This document shows, in pieces, positions 61,908-64,000 of a stretch of 64,000 bases of DNA (positions within the stretch are counted from its first letter, which is position 1; each line of letters opens with the position of its first letter). Under the pieces are notes generated by a model. It searched no databases and had not been told where the DNA came from. It saw only the letters and a program-made list of their open reading frames with translations. Made by a program: the position numbers and the translations under genes. This DNA comes from Azolla caroliniana (taxonomy: Eukaryota > Plantae > Polypodiophyta), in NCBI GenBank assembly GCA_043228905.1, contig JBHGNT010000001.1:12400001-12464000 (forward strand), in the 5' to 3' direction.

Positions 61908-64000
61908 TGTAGAGATCCTTTTTGAAGAGAATATGCGGAATAATCTTCAGCCACAACTGAGACTTACATCACTTAATGATAATCAAACACAGAAAAAAGA
62001 GAAATGGAAGTAAGTACACAAACAGAAAAGAATGCACAGGATGTTATCGTGGAAAACCCTGAGAGGGAAAAACCACGGGAGCCCACAGACTCCAAACTAT
62101 CACTATGTAGAAAGAATACAACAGGGGGCACAGAGGCAACGACCTCATGCTCACACTCTTTGCCTGGCGGCGGTTACAACAAAGAATCACTCTGTATCTC
62201 TCTCTCTCTCTGTTAGACTCTGTACAACAGTTACACGAATAACTCTATACAATGCTAATGACAACACACTAATACCATCAAATTCACTCTGTTTTCCCTA
62301 GGTCATATTTATACTAATATGACTTTCGGGCTATTTACAAATATAGCCCCAATGGGCTCTCAAAAACATATTTACCTATATGTCCCTTCATCCGGTGAGA
62401 GGTTCCGAACGGGTCTTCCTTAGCGGGTACTCATCATCCGGTTCTCATCGGGTCTTCCGTTGCTGGGTACTCATATCCCATCCAGAGGGACCGAAATCCT
62501 AACAAAATCCCCCTTCACTCCGGCATGGGATGCCTCATCAGTCCGAGCCGCTTCCGGCATGCATCCAGTTTGTCGGGTGTCTGCACTTTGGTCAACATGT
62601 CCGACCTGTTCTCCTCCGTGTGGATCTTCGTCAGCATGAACTCTTGATCTACCACTCGCTCCCGGATCCAGTGGTACCTCCGTTGGATGTGCTTCGTCCT
62701 GGAATGATACGCCACCTTCTTTGCAAGGTGGATAGCACTTTGATTGTCGCAATAGAGCCGATATTCCTCTTGCCGGAACCCTAGCTCTCCAATGAAGTCC
62801 TTCATCCACAGTATTTCCTTGCCGGCTTCCACAACTGCCATGTACTCCGTTTCCGTGGTTGACAACACAATCGTCTTCTATAGCCTCGACTGCCATGAAA
62901 CAACTCCCCTTGCATATGTCATAACATATCCCGATGTTGATCGGTTGGTATCCGCATTAGCCGAAATATCTGAATTGGTGAAACCGTCAAGTTGGGGTTT
63001 ACCAGAGCCGAATCGGAGACACATACTTGAGGTGCCTTTCAAGTATCGGAGTATCCATTTTACCACATTCCAGTGCTCCTTGCCGGGATTGCTCATAAAC
63101 CAGCTCACCACTCCGACTACGTATCTGATATCCGGTTGGGTACGCACCATTGCATACATTAAGCTCTCGATGACAGAGGCATATGGTATCTTCATCATAT
63201 CCGCCTTCTCTGCCTTTGTCTTCGGGATTTGCTTACCGGACAACCTGCAGTTTGCCGGGAGTGTCGATCCGACCCGTTTCGCATCTGACATGTTGAACCA
63301 CTAAAGCACCTTTGTCACGTATTTCTCTTGTGACAGCCACATTTGCTTCTTTGACCAGTCCCGGATGATATGCATCCCCAATATCTATCTTGCCGGACAC
63401 AAGTCTTTCATTGAGAAGGTCTGGTTCAGAGCCTTCTTCAGCATCTGTATCTTGACTTGGTCTCTTCTGACAATCAACATGTCGTCCACGTAGAGGAGGA
63501 GTATCAGGAAGTCTCCACCTTCGAACTTCTTCTTGTGGTACCCTGATCGGTCATGAAGGAGTCGAACTTCCGGTACCATTGCCGGGGAGCCTGCTTCAAA
63601 CCGTAGAGGCTCTTCTTCAACCAACAAACCAATGCGTCTTGTGGTACCCTTGATCGGTCATGAAGGAGTCGAACTTCTGGTACCATTGCCGGGGAGCCTG
63701 CTTCAAACCATAGAGGCTCTTCTTCAACCGGCAAACTAGGTGCTCCTTCCCTTTCTTCACAAATCCCTTCGGTTGCTGCATGTAGATCTCCTCTTCGAGG
63801 TCGCCGTGGAGGAACGCCGTCTTCATGTCTAACTGCTCTACCTCGAGGTCCATGCTTGCCGCTATGCTCAACACCATCCAGATGGAAGTCATCTTTACTA
63901 CCGGGGCAAATATCTCGTCGAAGTCCACGCCCTTCTTTTGTTGGAACCCCTTCACCATGATCCTGGCTTTGTACCTTGGGGGGTTGCCGGCATCTCCCGG
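61908..64000 (-). mobile_element. Ty1/Copia element, 3' part (RT, RNase H, PPT, 3' LTR 61908-62504), continuing beyond the window
   Basis: QLDMKTAFLHGDL, LKKSLYGLKQAPRQW, LYVDDM, STTETEYMA, SRTKHIQRRYHWIRE. PPT GAAGGGGGATTT next to LTR TGTAG...CTAACA. Confidence 0.92.

Overview
Eukaryotic land-plant nuclear DNA with intron-rich genes and GA/CT microsatellites. The retroelement types suggest a fern or other non-seed plant, but that is inference only. Bases 1-23 kb are a gene island: a 5-exon HVA22-like gene (+), a decayed ATG16 WD40 fragment, a 9-exon metallo-beta-lactamase-fold hydrolase (+, with one GC-AG intron) and a 14-exon plastid Mfd/TRCF-like helicase (-). The helicase carries an N-terminal octapeptide repeat and has an intronic hAT MITE. 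Bases 23-36.4 kb are a nest of LTR retrotransposons: a Copia/Gypsy chimera with a full-length Copia inside it. A CACTA relic and an MBD-domain gene (-, about 39.8-42.3 kb) with EAR-like motifs follow. Bases 45-64 kb are a second nest built on a large minus-strand non-chromovirus Gypsy. Downstream of pol, that element carries an 11-unit array of conserved hairpins with drifting spacers, followed by an extra ~590-codon coiled-coil ORF. It is interrupted by a solo LTR, a Copia, and a young Tf1/Tcn1-like chromovirus. The chromovirus has HSE-rich LTRs and a rearranged 5' end whose junction has the geometry of a self-primed reverse-transcription product. Exon boundaries, TSDs and LTR ends were read by eye. 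Family assignments rest on recognised motifs; no database search was run.
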